Shown one piece after another: positions 35,650-44,498 of a DNA stretch of 64,000 bases. Both the position numbers and the translations under genes were made by a program. Below the pieces are notes generated by a model, which worked only from the letters and a program-made list of their open reading frames with translations, was not told the origin of the DNA and ran no database searches. How positions within the stretch are numbered: position 1 is the stretch's first letter; each line of letters opens with the position of its first letter. Origin of the DNA: Gemmatimonas sp. (GTDB taxonomy: Bacteria; Pseudomonadota; Alphaproteobacteria; SMXQ01); contig JBLNCI010000040.1 of assembly GCA_050260515.1 (NCBI GenBank), positions 48,331 to 112,330 on the forward strand, written 5' to 3'.

Positions 35650-37134
35650 TCAGACCGACTTGCCCCAGCCCTCGATCAGGTGGCCGAACTTCTGGCGGGT
35701 CTCCTTCGCCAGCTCCTTCGAAGGCATGTTGACCTTCGGGAACTGGTCGCGCCAGTGGAACGGACGGCAGGCGTTGATGATCGCGCGCGAGCTGGTGAAG
35801 TCCTTGGTCGCGCGCTGCTCCGGGGTGATGCGCGGATCGAGCGGGGTCGACCACGCATTCTTGACGATGTCGATCGACGTCGCCGGGTCGGAGCGGCTCA
35901 CCGTGGCCCACATCAGCTCCTCGAGGTTCGAGGGGTCGATGTCGTCGTCCACCACGATCACGTACCGGCCGGCGTAGGCGCCGACGTGGCACTGGCAGGC
36001 GACGTGGCCGGCCTGGGTCGCGTGGCCCGGGTAGCGCTGCTTGATCGAAACCGCGACCAGCATGCGCGCCGTGCCGACTTCGTGGGCCCAGACGTTCGTG
36101 ATGTCCGGGACGCCCGCGGCCTGGATCGACTGCTTGAGCAGCGCCGAGCGAGCCACCGCGCGGTAGCGGGCGAGCTCATCCGGCGGACGCTGCGGGGGGC
36201 AGCCGAGGATGATCGGGTCGTTGCGATGATAGATCGCCTCGACGTGCATCACCGGCTCCGGACGGGTGTCCGACGCGTAGTAGCCGGTCCACTCTCCGAA
36301 CGGACCCTCGTCCTTGAACTCCTTCGGGTCGATCCAGCCCTCGAGCACGATCTCGGCGTCGGCCGGCATCGGCAGGCCCGTGATCTTGCCCTTCACGCAC
36401 TCCAGCGGCTTGCCGTACAGGCCGCCGAGGATGTCGTACTCGCAGACGCCGTAGGGGACTTCCTGCGACGACAGGATGAACTGCATCGGGTTGCCGCCGA
36501 CGACGATCAGCGCCGGCATCTTCTCGCCGCGCTCCGCGTACTTGTCGCGGTGGATGCGGCCGTGCTTGCCCGGCGAGATGTAGAAGCCGATCGTGTTCTT
36601 GCCCTGGATCATGCAGCGGTAGGTGCCGCAGTTGATCCAGTTCTCGTCCGGATCGCGGGTGACGTTGTAGGAGCCGGTGCCGAGGTAGCGGCCGCCGTCT
36701 TCCTCGTGCCACTTCGGCGTCGGGAAGATCCCGAGGTCGACCTTGTCGCCCGTCAGGATGTTCTCGAAGATCGGGCCCGTCTCGACGATCTTGTGCGGGA
36801 TCGGCTGGTTGTTCGGGTTCCGGTAGACCTTCAGGAACTCCTCCGACAGCTCGAGCCGGCTCAACCCCGCCGGGAAGCCCAGCGTCATGTTGGCGCGCTT
36901 CGCGCTGAAGAAGTTCGTCAGGACCCGGAAGCCCTTCTTCACGCCCGGGATCTCATCGAACAGGCCGCAGGGCGCCGGATCGGTGTGATGGAGCATCTCC
37001 GTCACCATGCCGATCTCGCGTTCCCAGTTGAGCCCGTTGATGTACTTCATCTCGCCGAGCTTGTCCGCCTCGCGGATCCACTCGCGCAGATCCTTGTAGG
37101 CGAACGCGTGTTTGACGTTCGAGTTGTTGCTCAT
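35650..37134 (-). CDS. UbiD-family (prFMN-dependent) reversible aromatic-acid decarboxylase
   Basis: Start MSNNSNVKHAFAYKDLREWI. 494 aa with the UbiD fold and the conserved E-x4-G..E region (EGPFGEWTGYY). The ORF extension to 37287 is discarded. Confidence 0.8.
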   Translation of the reverse strand: MSNNSNVKHAFAYKDLREWIREADKLGEMKYINGLNWEREIGMVTEMLHHTDPAPCGLFDEIPGVKKGFRVLTNFFSAKRANMTLGFPAGLSRLELSEEFLKVYRNPNNQPIPHKIVETGPIFENILTGDKVDLGIFPTPKWHEEDGGRYLGTGSYNVTRDPDENWINCGTYRCMIQGKNTIGFYISPGKHGRIHRDKYAERGEKMPALIVVGGNPMQFILSSQEVPYGVCEYDILGGLYGKPLECVKGKITGLPMPADAEIVLEGWIDPKEFKDEGPFGEWTGYYASDTRPEPVMHVEAIYHRNDPIILGCPPQRPPDELARYRAVARSALLKQSIQAAGVPDITNVWAHEVGTARMLVAVSIKQRYPGHATQAGHVACQCHVGAYAGRYVIVVDDDIDPSNLEELMWATVSRSDPATSIDIVKNAWSTPLDPRITPEQRATKDFTSSRAIINACRPFHWRDQFPKVNMPSKELAKETRQKFGHLIEGWGKSV

Positions 37135-37183
37135 TGTTCCTCGCTGTCCTCCTTGACGTACGCGTAGGTTGGTTAGAAGACGC

Positions 37184-37666
37184 TCACGCCGAGCGGGCGG
37201 CCCGTGAGGGTTCCCGCGCGGCGGATTCGGGTTCGGCGCTGGCGTTGAGGTTCTCGAGCATGCGCCCGAGGGCGACGCGCAGCGCATCGGTCTCGCGCGG
37301 CGTCATGCCGGCGAGAAGGATTTTTTCGTAGTCGCGGAAATAGACCGGGCGCTCCTTCTGCGCGAGCGCGCGGCCCTTCGGCGTGATGAAGACGATGACC
37401 TCGCGGGCGTCCTGGCCGCTGCGGGCGCGGCGCACGAGACCGCGCGCCTCCATGCGCGAGACGACGCGCGACAGCGTCGACAGCTCGATGCCGGTGAGGC
37501 GGGCGAGCTCGCCCACCGGGCGGCCGTCCTTCGCCATCAGGCGATAGAGGACGCGCACGCCCTCGAACTTGAGGCCGTAGGCGCGCGCATGGCGGTTGAC
37601 CGAAGCCATCACCTGGCTGGCGATCTGATGCATGAGAAAGGGTACCGACCAGTCGGCGTTCGCCAT
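37184..37666 (-). CDS. MarR-family transcriptional regulator
   Basis: Start MANADWSVPF. It has a winged helix ELARLTGIELSTLSRVVSRMEARGLVRR. It lies immediately upstream of the UbiD gene on the same strand. Confidence 0.8.
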   Translation of the reverse strand: MANADWSVPFLMHQIASQVMASVNRHARAYGLKFEGVRVLYRLMAKDGRPVGELARLTGIELSTLSRVVSRMEARGLVRRARSGQDAREVIVFITPKGRALAQKERPVYFRDYEKILLAGMTPRETDALRVALGRMLENLNASAEPESAAREPSRAARSA

Positions 37667-37740
37667 GCCCGGCGCCTCCCCGCGCCGTGGCGGACAGCAA
37701 GCGACCCCATGGGGCCGCAGGTCCGCCGGGCGCGAACGAT

Positions 37741-37792
37741 GCCCCAAACAATTTGCAGGTGCAAGTAATTTGGGGCGCAAGATTCTTGCGCC
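37741..37792. promoter_or_regulatory. Two adjacent inverted repeats between tauE-like stop and marR start (operator and/or terminator candidates)
   Basis: GCCCCAAACAATTTGCAGGTGCAAGTAATTTGGGGC contains the inner near-palindrome TTGCAG-GTGCAA. It is followed by GGCGCAAGATTCTTGCGCC. Confidence 0.4.
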
Positions 37793-37825
37793 TTAACGAC
37801 CACGGGGCGGGTCTATTCCCTGCGG

Positions 37826-38590
37826 CTAGAACAGGCCCTGACGCACCATATTGAGGCCGATCAGCACCAGCGCGATCAGCAGCACCTTGCGGAAGGTGTC
37901 CTCGTTGATGCGGCCGCGGATCCACTGGCCGGCGAGCATGCCGACGAACACCGGGATGCAGGCGATCGCCGTCGGCACGACGTGTTCGGCGCGCAGCACG
38001 CCCTCGGCGACGTAGGCGATGCCGGTCGGGATGATGCCGAGGAGATAGACGAGGGCGATGGTGCCGATGAACTCGTCCTTCGGCACCCGGAGCGCGACCA
38101 TGAACATGATGACGGCGGGGCCGATGAACAGCGTGAGCCCGCCGAAGAAGCCGCCGGTCACGCCGACCAGGATCGACAGCCACAGCGCGTGCTGCTTCGG
38201 CACCGCGAGCTTCGGCTGCAGCAGGTTGACGAGCGAGAAGCCCGCGACGGCCGCGCCGACGACGATCTGCAGCGACTGCGAGTCGATGCCGACCAGCGTC
38301 TTGGCGCCGAGCCATGTCCCGGCGATCACCGCCACCATCATCGGCCAGAAGTTGCGCAGCGCGACGAGGAAGTAGCCGCCCTGGAACGTCTGCCAGACGT
38401 TCATGATCAGCACCGGCCCGTACATCAATGCGACCGCTTCGCGGATCGGCACCGAGGTGTAGAGCAGCGGCAGCGCGATCATCGGCAGGCCGACGCCGAG
38501 CACGCCCTTGGCGAGACCGCCGGCGAACAGCGCGGCGGCAGCGGCGGCGAGGAGAAGAGGTGAGCTGTCGATCATCAGGGTGGGCGTCAT
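37826..38590 (-). CDS. TauE/SafE family sulfite/anion exporter-like membrane protein
   Basis: About 254 aa and polytopic, with a GxxxG-rich internal duplication (LGVGLPMIALPLL... / GVTGGFFGGLTLFIGPAVIMF) typical of the TSUP/TauE family. Confidence 0.7.
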   Translation of the reverse strand: MTPTLMIDSSPLLLAAAAAALFAGGLAKGVLGVGLPMIALPLLYTSVPIREAVALMYGPVLIMNVWQTFQGGYFLVALRNFWPMMVAVIAGTWLGAKTLVGIDSQSLQIVVGAAVAGFSLVNLLQPKLAVPKQHALWLSILVGVTGGFFGGLTLFIGPAVIMFMVALRVPKDEFIGTIALVYLLGIIPTGIAYVAEGVLRAEHVVPTAIACIPVFVGMLAGQWIRGRINEDTFRKVLLIALVLIGLNMVRQGLF

Positions 38591-38679
38591 GGGGCGGCAC
38601 ACCGTAGCCAAACAGCGTCGCGCGTGCTAACCGAAATTTCGCAGAGCGATATGGGGAGATTTACGTGTCGGACGTGGGG

Positions 38680-39888
38680 ATGATCGTCATTGCCGGAGCG
38701 GGGCACGCGGGCGGGCGCGCCGCCGAGGCGATGCGCCAGGCGGGCTACACCGGACGCATCGTGCTGGTCGGCGACGAGTCGCATCCGCCGTACGAGCGCC
38801 CGCCGCTGTCGAAGGAGATGCTGGCGACCGAGTACGCGCCGGAGAAAGCCTATCTCGCGCCGCTCGCCGCCTGGGCCGAGAAGACGATCGAGCTTCGCCT
38901 CGACGCCAGGGTCGAAGGCCTCGACCGCGCGTCGCATCGCGTCCATCTCGCCGGCGGCGAGGCGCTGCCCTACGACCGGCTGCTGATCGCGACCGGCGGC
39001 CGCGTGCGCACGCTGTCGGCGCCGGGTGCCGCACTCGCCGGCGTCCACTACATCCGCTCGATCAAGGATTCGCTCGCTCTCAAGGCCGAGCTCAAGCCGG
39101 GCGGCCGCGTCGTCGTCATCGGCGGCGGCTTCATCGGCCTCGAGGCCGCGGCGGCCGCCATCAAGCTCGGCTGCAAGGCGACGGTAATCGAGGCCCAGGC
39201 CGAGCTCCTCAACCGTGTCATGGACCCGTTGATGGGCCGCTGGTTCGAGCAGCTCCATCGCGCCAACGGCGTCGAGGTGCTGAAGGGCGTCACCATCGAG
39301 CGCCTCGAGGGTCGCGACCGCGTCGAGGCGGTGGTGCTGACGTCGGGCGATCGCATCGACGCCGACGCCGTCGTGATCGGCATCGGCATCATCCCGAACG
39401 TGGAGATCGCCGCGAACGCCGGCATCGAGGTCGGCAACGGCGTCAAGGTCGACGAGTTCGGCGTCAGCTCCGATCCGGACGTGTTCGCCGCCGGGGACGT
39501 CGCGTTCCACCTCAATCCGATCCTCGGCCGTCACGTGCGGCTCGAGTCGTGGGCCAATGCCCAGAACGGCGGCATCGCCGTCGCGCGCAACATGGTTGCC
39601 GAACCGGCGCCGTACGTCGACGTGCCGTGGTTCTGGACCGATCAATTCGGCGCCAACATCCAGATCGCCGGCGCGCCGCAGGCCTGGGACCGCATCATCG
39701 TGCGCGGCAAGGCGGAATCCGGCAAGTTCATCGCGTTCGCGCTGCATGGAGCCAAGGTGGTCGGCGGCACCGCGGTGAACCTCGGCCGCGACATGCGTTT
39801 CATTAAGTCGCTGATCCAGTCGGGTAAGGACGTGCGCGACGAGGACCTCGCGAACGAGGCCGTGCAGATGCGAGCCTTGGCGGGGTGA
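38680..39888 (+). CDS. FAD-dependent NAD(P)H:ferredoxin reductase (putidaredoxin/rubredoxin-reductase class)
   Basis: MIVIAGAGHAGGRAAEAMRQAG (FAD GxGxxG), VVVIGGGFIGLEAAAA (NAD GxGxxG), and a C-terminal dimerisation domain. A GTG at 38665 is an alternative start. Confidence 0.85.
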   Translation: MIVIAGAGHAGGRAAEAMRQAGYTGRIVLVGDESHPPYERPPLSKEMLATEYAPEKAYLAPLAAWAEKTIELRLDARVEGLDRASHRVHLAGGEALPYDRLLIATGGRVRTLSAPGAALAGVHYIRSIKDSLALKAELKPGGRVVVIGGGFIGLEAAAAAIKLGCKATVIEAQAELLNRVMDPLMGRWFEQLHRANGVEVLKGVTIERLEGRDRVEAVVLTSGDRIDADAVVIGIGIIPNVEIAANAGIEVGNGVKVDEFGVSSDPDVFAAGDVAFHLNPILGRHVRLESWANAQNGGIAVARNMVAEPAPYVDVPWFWTDQFGANIQIAGAPQAWDRIIVRGKAESGKFIAFALHGAKVVGGTAVNLGRDMRFIKSLIQSGKDVRDEDLANEAVQMRALAG

Positions 39889-39959
39889 CGCCGGGACCGC
39901 TATAAAGCTCCCCCACACCTGCGGTTCATCGCGGGCATCCGCATTTCAGGGGAGAGCCG

Positions 39960-41840
39960 ATGGCGACGAAAGTGAAGGCCAACAAGCCGGCCGCGAAGTC
40001 CGGAGCGAAGACGCGCAAGGCGGCGAAGTCGGACGGGATCGACGCCCCGGCGAACATCGGCAATCCGCGCTTGGGCTGGGCGTCCGACGCGATCGCCGAG
40101 CTGTTGGCGCGCATGGACTTCCCCTACATCAGCCTGGTGCCGGGCGCGTCGTATCGCGGCTTCCACGATTCGATCGTCAACTACCTCGGCAACAAGAACC
40201 CGCGCATGCTCGTGAATCTGCACGAGGAGCATGCGGTCGCCGTCGCCCACGGCTGGGCCAAGGTCACCGACAAGCCGCTGCCGGTGGCGCTGCACTCGAA
40301 CGTCGGCCTGTTGCACGGCACCATGGCGATCTTCAACGCGTGGTGCGACCGCGTGCCGATGCTGATCTTCGGCGCCAACGGCCCGATCGACGCCAACGAG
40401 CGCCGGCCGTGGATCGACTGGATCCACTCGACGTCCGACATGGGCGCGCAGATCCGCGACTACACGAAGTGGGACGACACGCCGATGAGCGTGCCGGCCG
40501 CCTTCGAGTCGATCCTGCGCGGCTACCAGCAGACCTGCAGCCAGCCGTGCGCGCCGGTCTACATCTGCCTCGACGCCGGCCTCCAGGAGAAGAAGCTCGA
40601 CGAGCAGCCGGACTTCCCCGACCTCGCCCGCTACCAGCCGGCCGAGCCGCCGGCCCCGTCGGAGGAGCAGGTGGCGCGCGCCGCCGACTGGCTGCTCAAG
40701 GCCAAGCGGCCGCTGATCATGATGGGCCGCGGCTCGCGCGATGGCGCGGACTGGACGCACCGCGTGAAGCTCGCCGAGCAGCTCGGCGCGGCGGTGATCA
40801 CCGACATGCACAATCCGGCGGTGTTCCCGACCAACCATCCGAACCACCTCATCGAGCCGCGCTTCCGCCCGTCGCCGCGCTCGGCGGAGCTGGTCAAGCA
40901 GGCCGACGTCATCCTGATCCTCGACTGGCTCGATCCGGCGGGCTTCTTCGCCCAGACCCTGAAGCTGGGGCTCGCGCAGGCGCCGGAGGCGAAGATCATC
41001 AACGTCTCGCTCGACTCCTACCTGCATCGCGGCTGGAGCAAGGATCATCAGGCGCTGCCGGCCGCCGACCTGCCGGTGCTGTCGGGGACCGACGCGTTCG
41101 TCGCCGCGCTGCTCGAAGAGGTCATCAGCCGGACCAAAGGGAAAGCCAAGACGCTCGCGCCGTTCAAGCTGCCGCCGGCGCCGAAGGGTGCCGCCCGCGC
41201 GCTCGACAAGTCGCGCTCGCGCGGCGGCATGAACCTGCGCGAACTCGCCGACGCGACGGTGGCGGCGCTCGAAGGGTACGACGTCAGCTACATCAAGCTG
41301 CCGCTCGGCTGGCCGGGCGACGCGATCTCGTTCAATCACCCGCTCGATTACCTGGGCCACGACGGCGGCGGCGGCGTGGGCTCGGGCCCCGGGATCTCGG
41401 TCGGCTGCGCGCTCGCGCTCAAGGACTCGGGCCGCCTGCCGGTCGCGCTCCTGGGCGACGGCGACTTCATGATGGGCAGCAACGCGCTGTGGACCGCGGC
41501 CCACAACAAGATCCCGTTCCTCATGGTGGTGTGCAACAACCGCTCGTACTTCAACGACGAGACCCACCAGGAGCGGATGGCCGTCGTCCGCGGCCGCCCG
41601 CCCGAGAACAAGTGGATCGGCCAGCGTCTCGACGAACCGGCGATCGACCTCGCGGCGATCGCCCGCGCCCAGGGCCTCGAGGCCGAGGGCCCGGTGTGGG
41701 ACGCCGCGGGCCTGCGCAAGGCGCTCGAGCGCGGCATCGAGGTGGTGGAGAACGGCGGGACCTACGTCATCGACGCCCGCATCGACACCGGCTACGCCGA
41801 GCCGATGATGACGCACCCCGGCAACCGCAAGGCGGGGTAG
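39960..41840 (+). CDS. Thiamine-diphosphate-dependent enzyme (benzoylformate decarboxylase / acetolactate synthase superfamily)
   Basis: 626 aa. It has Lys/Ala-rich N-terminal ~30 aa and a ThDP-binding motif GDGDFMMGSNALWTAAHNKIPFLMVVCNN. Confidence 0.8.
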   Translation: MATKVKANKPAAKSGAKTRKAAKSDGIDAPANIGNPRLGWASDAIAELLARMDFPYISLVPGASYRGFHDSIVNYLGNKNPRMLVNLHEEHAVAVAHGWAKVTDKPLPVALHSNVGLLHGTMAIFNAWCDRVPMLIFGANGPIDANERRPWIDWIHSTSDMGAQIRDYTKWDDTPMSVPAAFESILRGYQQTCSQPCAPVYICLDAGLQEKKLDEQPDFPDLARYQPAEPPAPSEEQVARAADWLLKAKRPLIMMGRGSRDGADWTHRVKLAEQLGAAVITDMHNPAVFPTNHPNHLIEPRFRPSPRSAELVKQADVILILDWLDPAGFFAQTLKLGLAQAPEAKIINVSLDSYLHRGWSKDHQALPAADLPVLSGTDAFVAALLEEVISRTKGKAKTLAPFKLPPAPKGAARALDKSRSRGGMNLRELADATVAALEGYDVSYIKLPLGWPGDAISFNHPLDYLGHDGGGGVGSGPGISVGCALALKDSGRLPVALLGDGDFMMGSNALWTAAHNKIPFLMVVCNNRSYFNDETHQERMAVVRGRPPENKWIGQRLDEPAIDLAAIARAQGLEAEGPVWDAAGLRKALERGIEVVENGGTYVIDARIDTGYAEPMMTHPGNRKAG

Positions 41841-41893
41841 GCGGCCAACGTCTCGCGTGTGAGGGCCAGGCCTCCTGTCCCTGAAGAACGAAG

Positions 41894-41925
41894 AAGGGGC
41901 GCTCCGACGGAGCGCCCCTTTTGTT
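41894..41925 (+). terminator. Rho-independent terminator after the ThDP enzyme gene
   Basis: AAGGGGCGCTCCGACGGAGCGCCCCTT followed by TTGTTCTT. Confidence 0.75.
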
Positions 41926-42052
41926 CTTCACATTCGCACACGGCGAAGAGACGTGCAGCCGCGACGCCCCTCACATCTCGCTGCGCCCGGCGGCGACGAT
42001 GACGTTGATGCGAGAACCGTGCCGCACGCACGCGGCCGCATGGCCCCTGTGC

Positions 42053-42182
42053 AAAAGTGTCCCAACTGTCCCAGGTGTCCCAAATGGCCAGTGTGGGACA
42101 GTGGGACACTTGGGGGTTTCTGGCGGAAATCCGCGGGGTTTGCTGTCCCACGCCGGCGCGCGGCGGCGAACGCCGTGGGACA
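42053..42182. repeat. Composite palindromic repeat element, copy 2
   Basis: AAAAGTGTCCCAACTGTCCCAGGTGTCCCAAATGGCCAGTGTGGGACAGTGGGACA, then after about 35 nt TGTCCCACGCCGG...CGCCGTGGGACA. It differs from copy 1 by 3 substitutions in the 56-nt core. Confidence 0.8.
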
Positions 42183-42259
42183 CTCGCACGACCGGAGACG
42201 CGGAGACGAAAAGGCCCCCGACAAGCGCGCTATGGCGAAAGGAAAACCAGGTAGGGAGG

Positions 42260-42640
42260 CTAGGCGACCTGGATCGGGATCGCGCGGCGCTGCTGCTTGA
42301 TGCGGTTGTTGGCGTCGACGTAGACGAGCTTCGGCTGGTACGAGGCCAGCTCGCTCTCGTCGTAGCGCGCGTAGGCGGCGATGATGACGATATCGCCGAC
42401 CGCGCCCTTGCGCGCCGCGCCGCCGTTGAGCGAGATCGTGCCCGAGCCCGCCTGGGCGCGGATCGCGTAGGTCGTGAACCGCTCGCCGTTGTTCACGTTG
42501 TAGATGTCGATCTGCTGGTACTCGCGGATGTCCGCGGCCTTGAGCAGGTCCTCGTCGATCGCGCACGAGCCTTCGTACTCGAGCTCGCATTGCGTGATCG
42601 TGACGCGGTGCAGCTTGGACTGGAGCATCGTACGTTGCAT
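42260..42640 (-). CDS. panD: Aspartate 1-decarboxylase proenzyme
   Basis: 126 aa. Contains [33 protein letters not shown] with the self-processing G-S site. The long ORF extension to 42988 is discarded. Confidence 0.9.
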   Translation of the reverse strand: MQRTMLQSKLHRVTITQCELEYEGSCAIDEDLLKAADIREYQQIDIYNVNNGERFTTYAIRAQAGSGTISLNGGAARKGAVGDIVIIAAYARYDESELASYQPKLVYVDANNRIKQQRRAIPIQVA

Positions 42641-42996
42641 GGCGACCCCCTCCGACGGGGTCCAAACGGCCGGTACTTGTAAGGTATCGGCGGCCGTTTG
42701 TCTCCCGGTTAACGTGCGCGCCCGGAACATGGCTCCCGCGAGGCCCGCAACCGGCCTCGGCGTTGACAAAAGCCGCGCCGGAATAGGAAAATACGCAACC
42801 CTTAGATATTTACCCTTTCGCTGAAATCCAGCCCCGGAGGTAAAAACTCCGGGAGCGCGGCATCCGGCGGCAGCAAGGGGCCGGTGCAGACCTCCCAAGG
42901 CGCTCCAGTGCGGGCATACCAGCGGGCAGGCGCGGCGGCGGCCGGGGCGTTTCGCGTGCCGGTCCGGACAACCCTCGACAAGGAACAAGAAAGCAC

Positions 42997-43305
42997 ATGG
43001 CGGAGCATCTGGTAGCGAAGACCGGAGAGATCGAGGACGGCCAGGCCAAGCGCGTGGTCATCGGTCAGAACGAGATCGCGATCTACAACCTCGGCGGCAA
43101 GTTCTACGCCACCGACGACATCTGCACCCACGCGTACGCGTCGCTCGCCGACGGCTACATCGAGGAGGGCGCGGTCGAGTGCCCGCTCCACGCCGCGCGC
43201 TTCGACATCGTCACCGGCAAGGCGCTGAGCATGCCGGCGACCACCGACCTTCGCGTCTACAAGGTGCGCGTCGACGGCGACAGCATCTACGTCGACGTCG
43301 CGTAA
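42997..43305 (+). CDS. Rieske [2Fe-2S] ferredoxin (oxygenase electron-transfer component)
   Basis: 102 aa. The cluster motif is [27 protein letters not shown] (CxH-x17-CxxH). Confidence 0.85.
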   Translation: MAEHLVAKTGEIEDGQAKRVVIGQNEIAIYNLGGKFYATDDICTHAYASLADGYIEEGAVECPLHAARFDIVTGKALSMPATTDLRVYKVRVDGDSIYVDVA

Positions 43306-43327
43306 CCGAACGCAACGGGAGATCGAC

Positions 43328-43912
43328 ATGGCCGAGGTCAAAGACGCTGGCGTGAAGGGTGGGGAACTGATCCCTCGCGTCGCGTGGGAGGATTTCCCCG
43401 AGGGCCTCAAGGCGGCGCTCAAGCCGAAGGTCGACCGGCTCGGCTACTGCGGCGAGATCTGGCAGGTCGGCGCCAATCTGCCGAAGAGCATGCTCTCGTT
43501 CTGCAACATGACCGAGGACCTCAAGGACGAGATGCCGATGAAGCTCGTCGAGCTCACGGCGCTTACCGTCGCCGGGGTCATGGGCAACACCTACGAGAAG
43601 AACCAGCACGAGCGTCTCGCCGACAAGCTCGGCTACGGCCGCGAGTGGATCGCCGACGTCGGCCGCCTCAACCCGACCGAGGCCACGGTGATGTCGGACG
43701 ACGAGAAGAAGGTCCAGAAGTTCATCATCGCCGCGATCTACCGCCGCGGCCACGACTCGCGCGCGCTGTTCGAGGACGCGGCCAAGGCGATCGGCGCCAA
43801 GGCCGCCGTCGGCGTGCTGCTGTCGATCGGCCGCTGCATCCAGCACGCGATCTTCCGCAACGTGCTGGAGCTCGCGCCGCCGGTGACCTCCGTATTCGAG
43901 GGCAAGAAGTGA
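43328..43912 (+). CDS. Carboxymuconolactone decarboxylase (PcaC-like) family protein
   Basis: 194 aa. The core GYCGEIWQVGANLP...LTALTVAGVMGNTYEKNQHERL resembles the PcaC motif EYCWGEIWSRPGL...LAMLTAL. Confidence 0.55.
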   Translation: MAEVKDAGVKGGELIPRVAWEDFPEGLKAALKPKVDRLGYCGEIWQVGANLPKSMLSFCNMTEDLKDEMPMKLVELTALTVAGVMGNTYEKNQHERLADKLGYGREWIADVGRLNPTEATVMSDDEKKVQKFIIAAIYRRGHDSRALFEDAAKAIGAKAAVGVLLSIGRCIQHAIFRNVLELAPPVTSVFEGKK

Positions 43913-44460
43913 GCGACCTCGTTCCGCGCATCGAGTTCGAGGACATCGAGCCCGGCCTCAAGGAGCTGTTCCGCCCGCGCGTCGAGCGGCTCGGCTATCT
44001 CGGCGAGTTCTTCAAGGTGATGTCGGCGTGCCCCGAGACAATGAAGGGGTTTTTCACCATCACCGAGAGCCTCAAGAAGGAGCTGCCCGACAACCTGTCG
44101 CAGCTCGTGTCGGTCGCGCTGTCGTCACGGCTCGGCAACACGTACGAGCAGTACCAGAACGAGCGGCTGTCGCTGAAGCTCGGCCTCAGCAAGGAGTGGG
44201 TGCGCTCGGCGCTCGGCGCCGTCGACGATCCGGCGAGCGTCTTCACGCCCGAGGAGAAGGCGGTTCAGAAGTACGCGATCGCCGCCGGCCAGGGCATCGG
44301 CCGGGGCGTCGAGGCGGAGTTCAAGGCGCTGGTCGAGGCGGTCGGCCCTCGCAAGGCGGTCGCCGTGATGTGGCTGGTCGCGCGCACGATCTCCCACGCG
44401 ATGATCTCGAACACCCTGCACCTGGCCTCGCCGGTCACGTCGGTCTTCGACAACGGATAA
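43909..44460 (+). CDS. Carboxymuconolactone decarboxylase (PcaC-like) family protein, paralogue
   Basis: A GTG start overlaps the preceding stop (GTGA). GYLGEFFKVMSACPE...LVSVALSSRLGNTYEQYQNERL is homologous to the upstream gene. Both share the C-terminal motif PVTSVF. Confidence 0.5.
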   Translation: MSDLVPRIEFEDIEPGLKELFRPRVERLGYLGEFFKVMSACPETMKGFFTITESLKKELPDNLSQLVSVALSSRLGNTYEQYQNERLSLKLGLSKEWVRSALGAVDDPASVFTPEEKAVQKYAIAAGQGIGRGVEAEFKALVEAVGPRKAVAVMWLVARTISHAMISNTLHLASPVTSVFDNG

Positions 44461-44498
44461 CCGCAAGCCAACAAGACACCTGAACAAGGGAAAGCATC

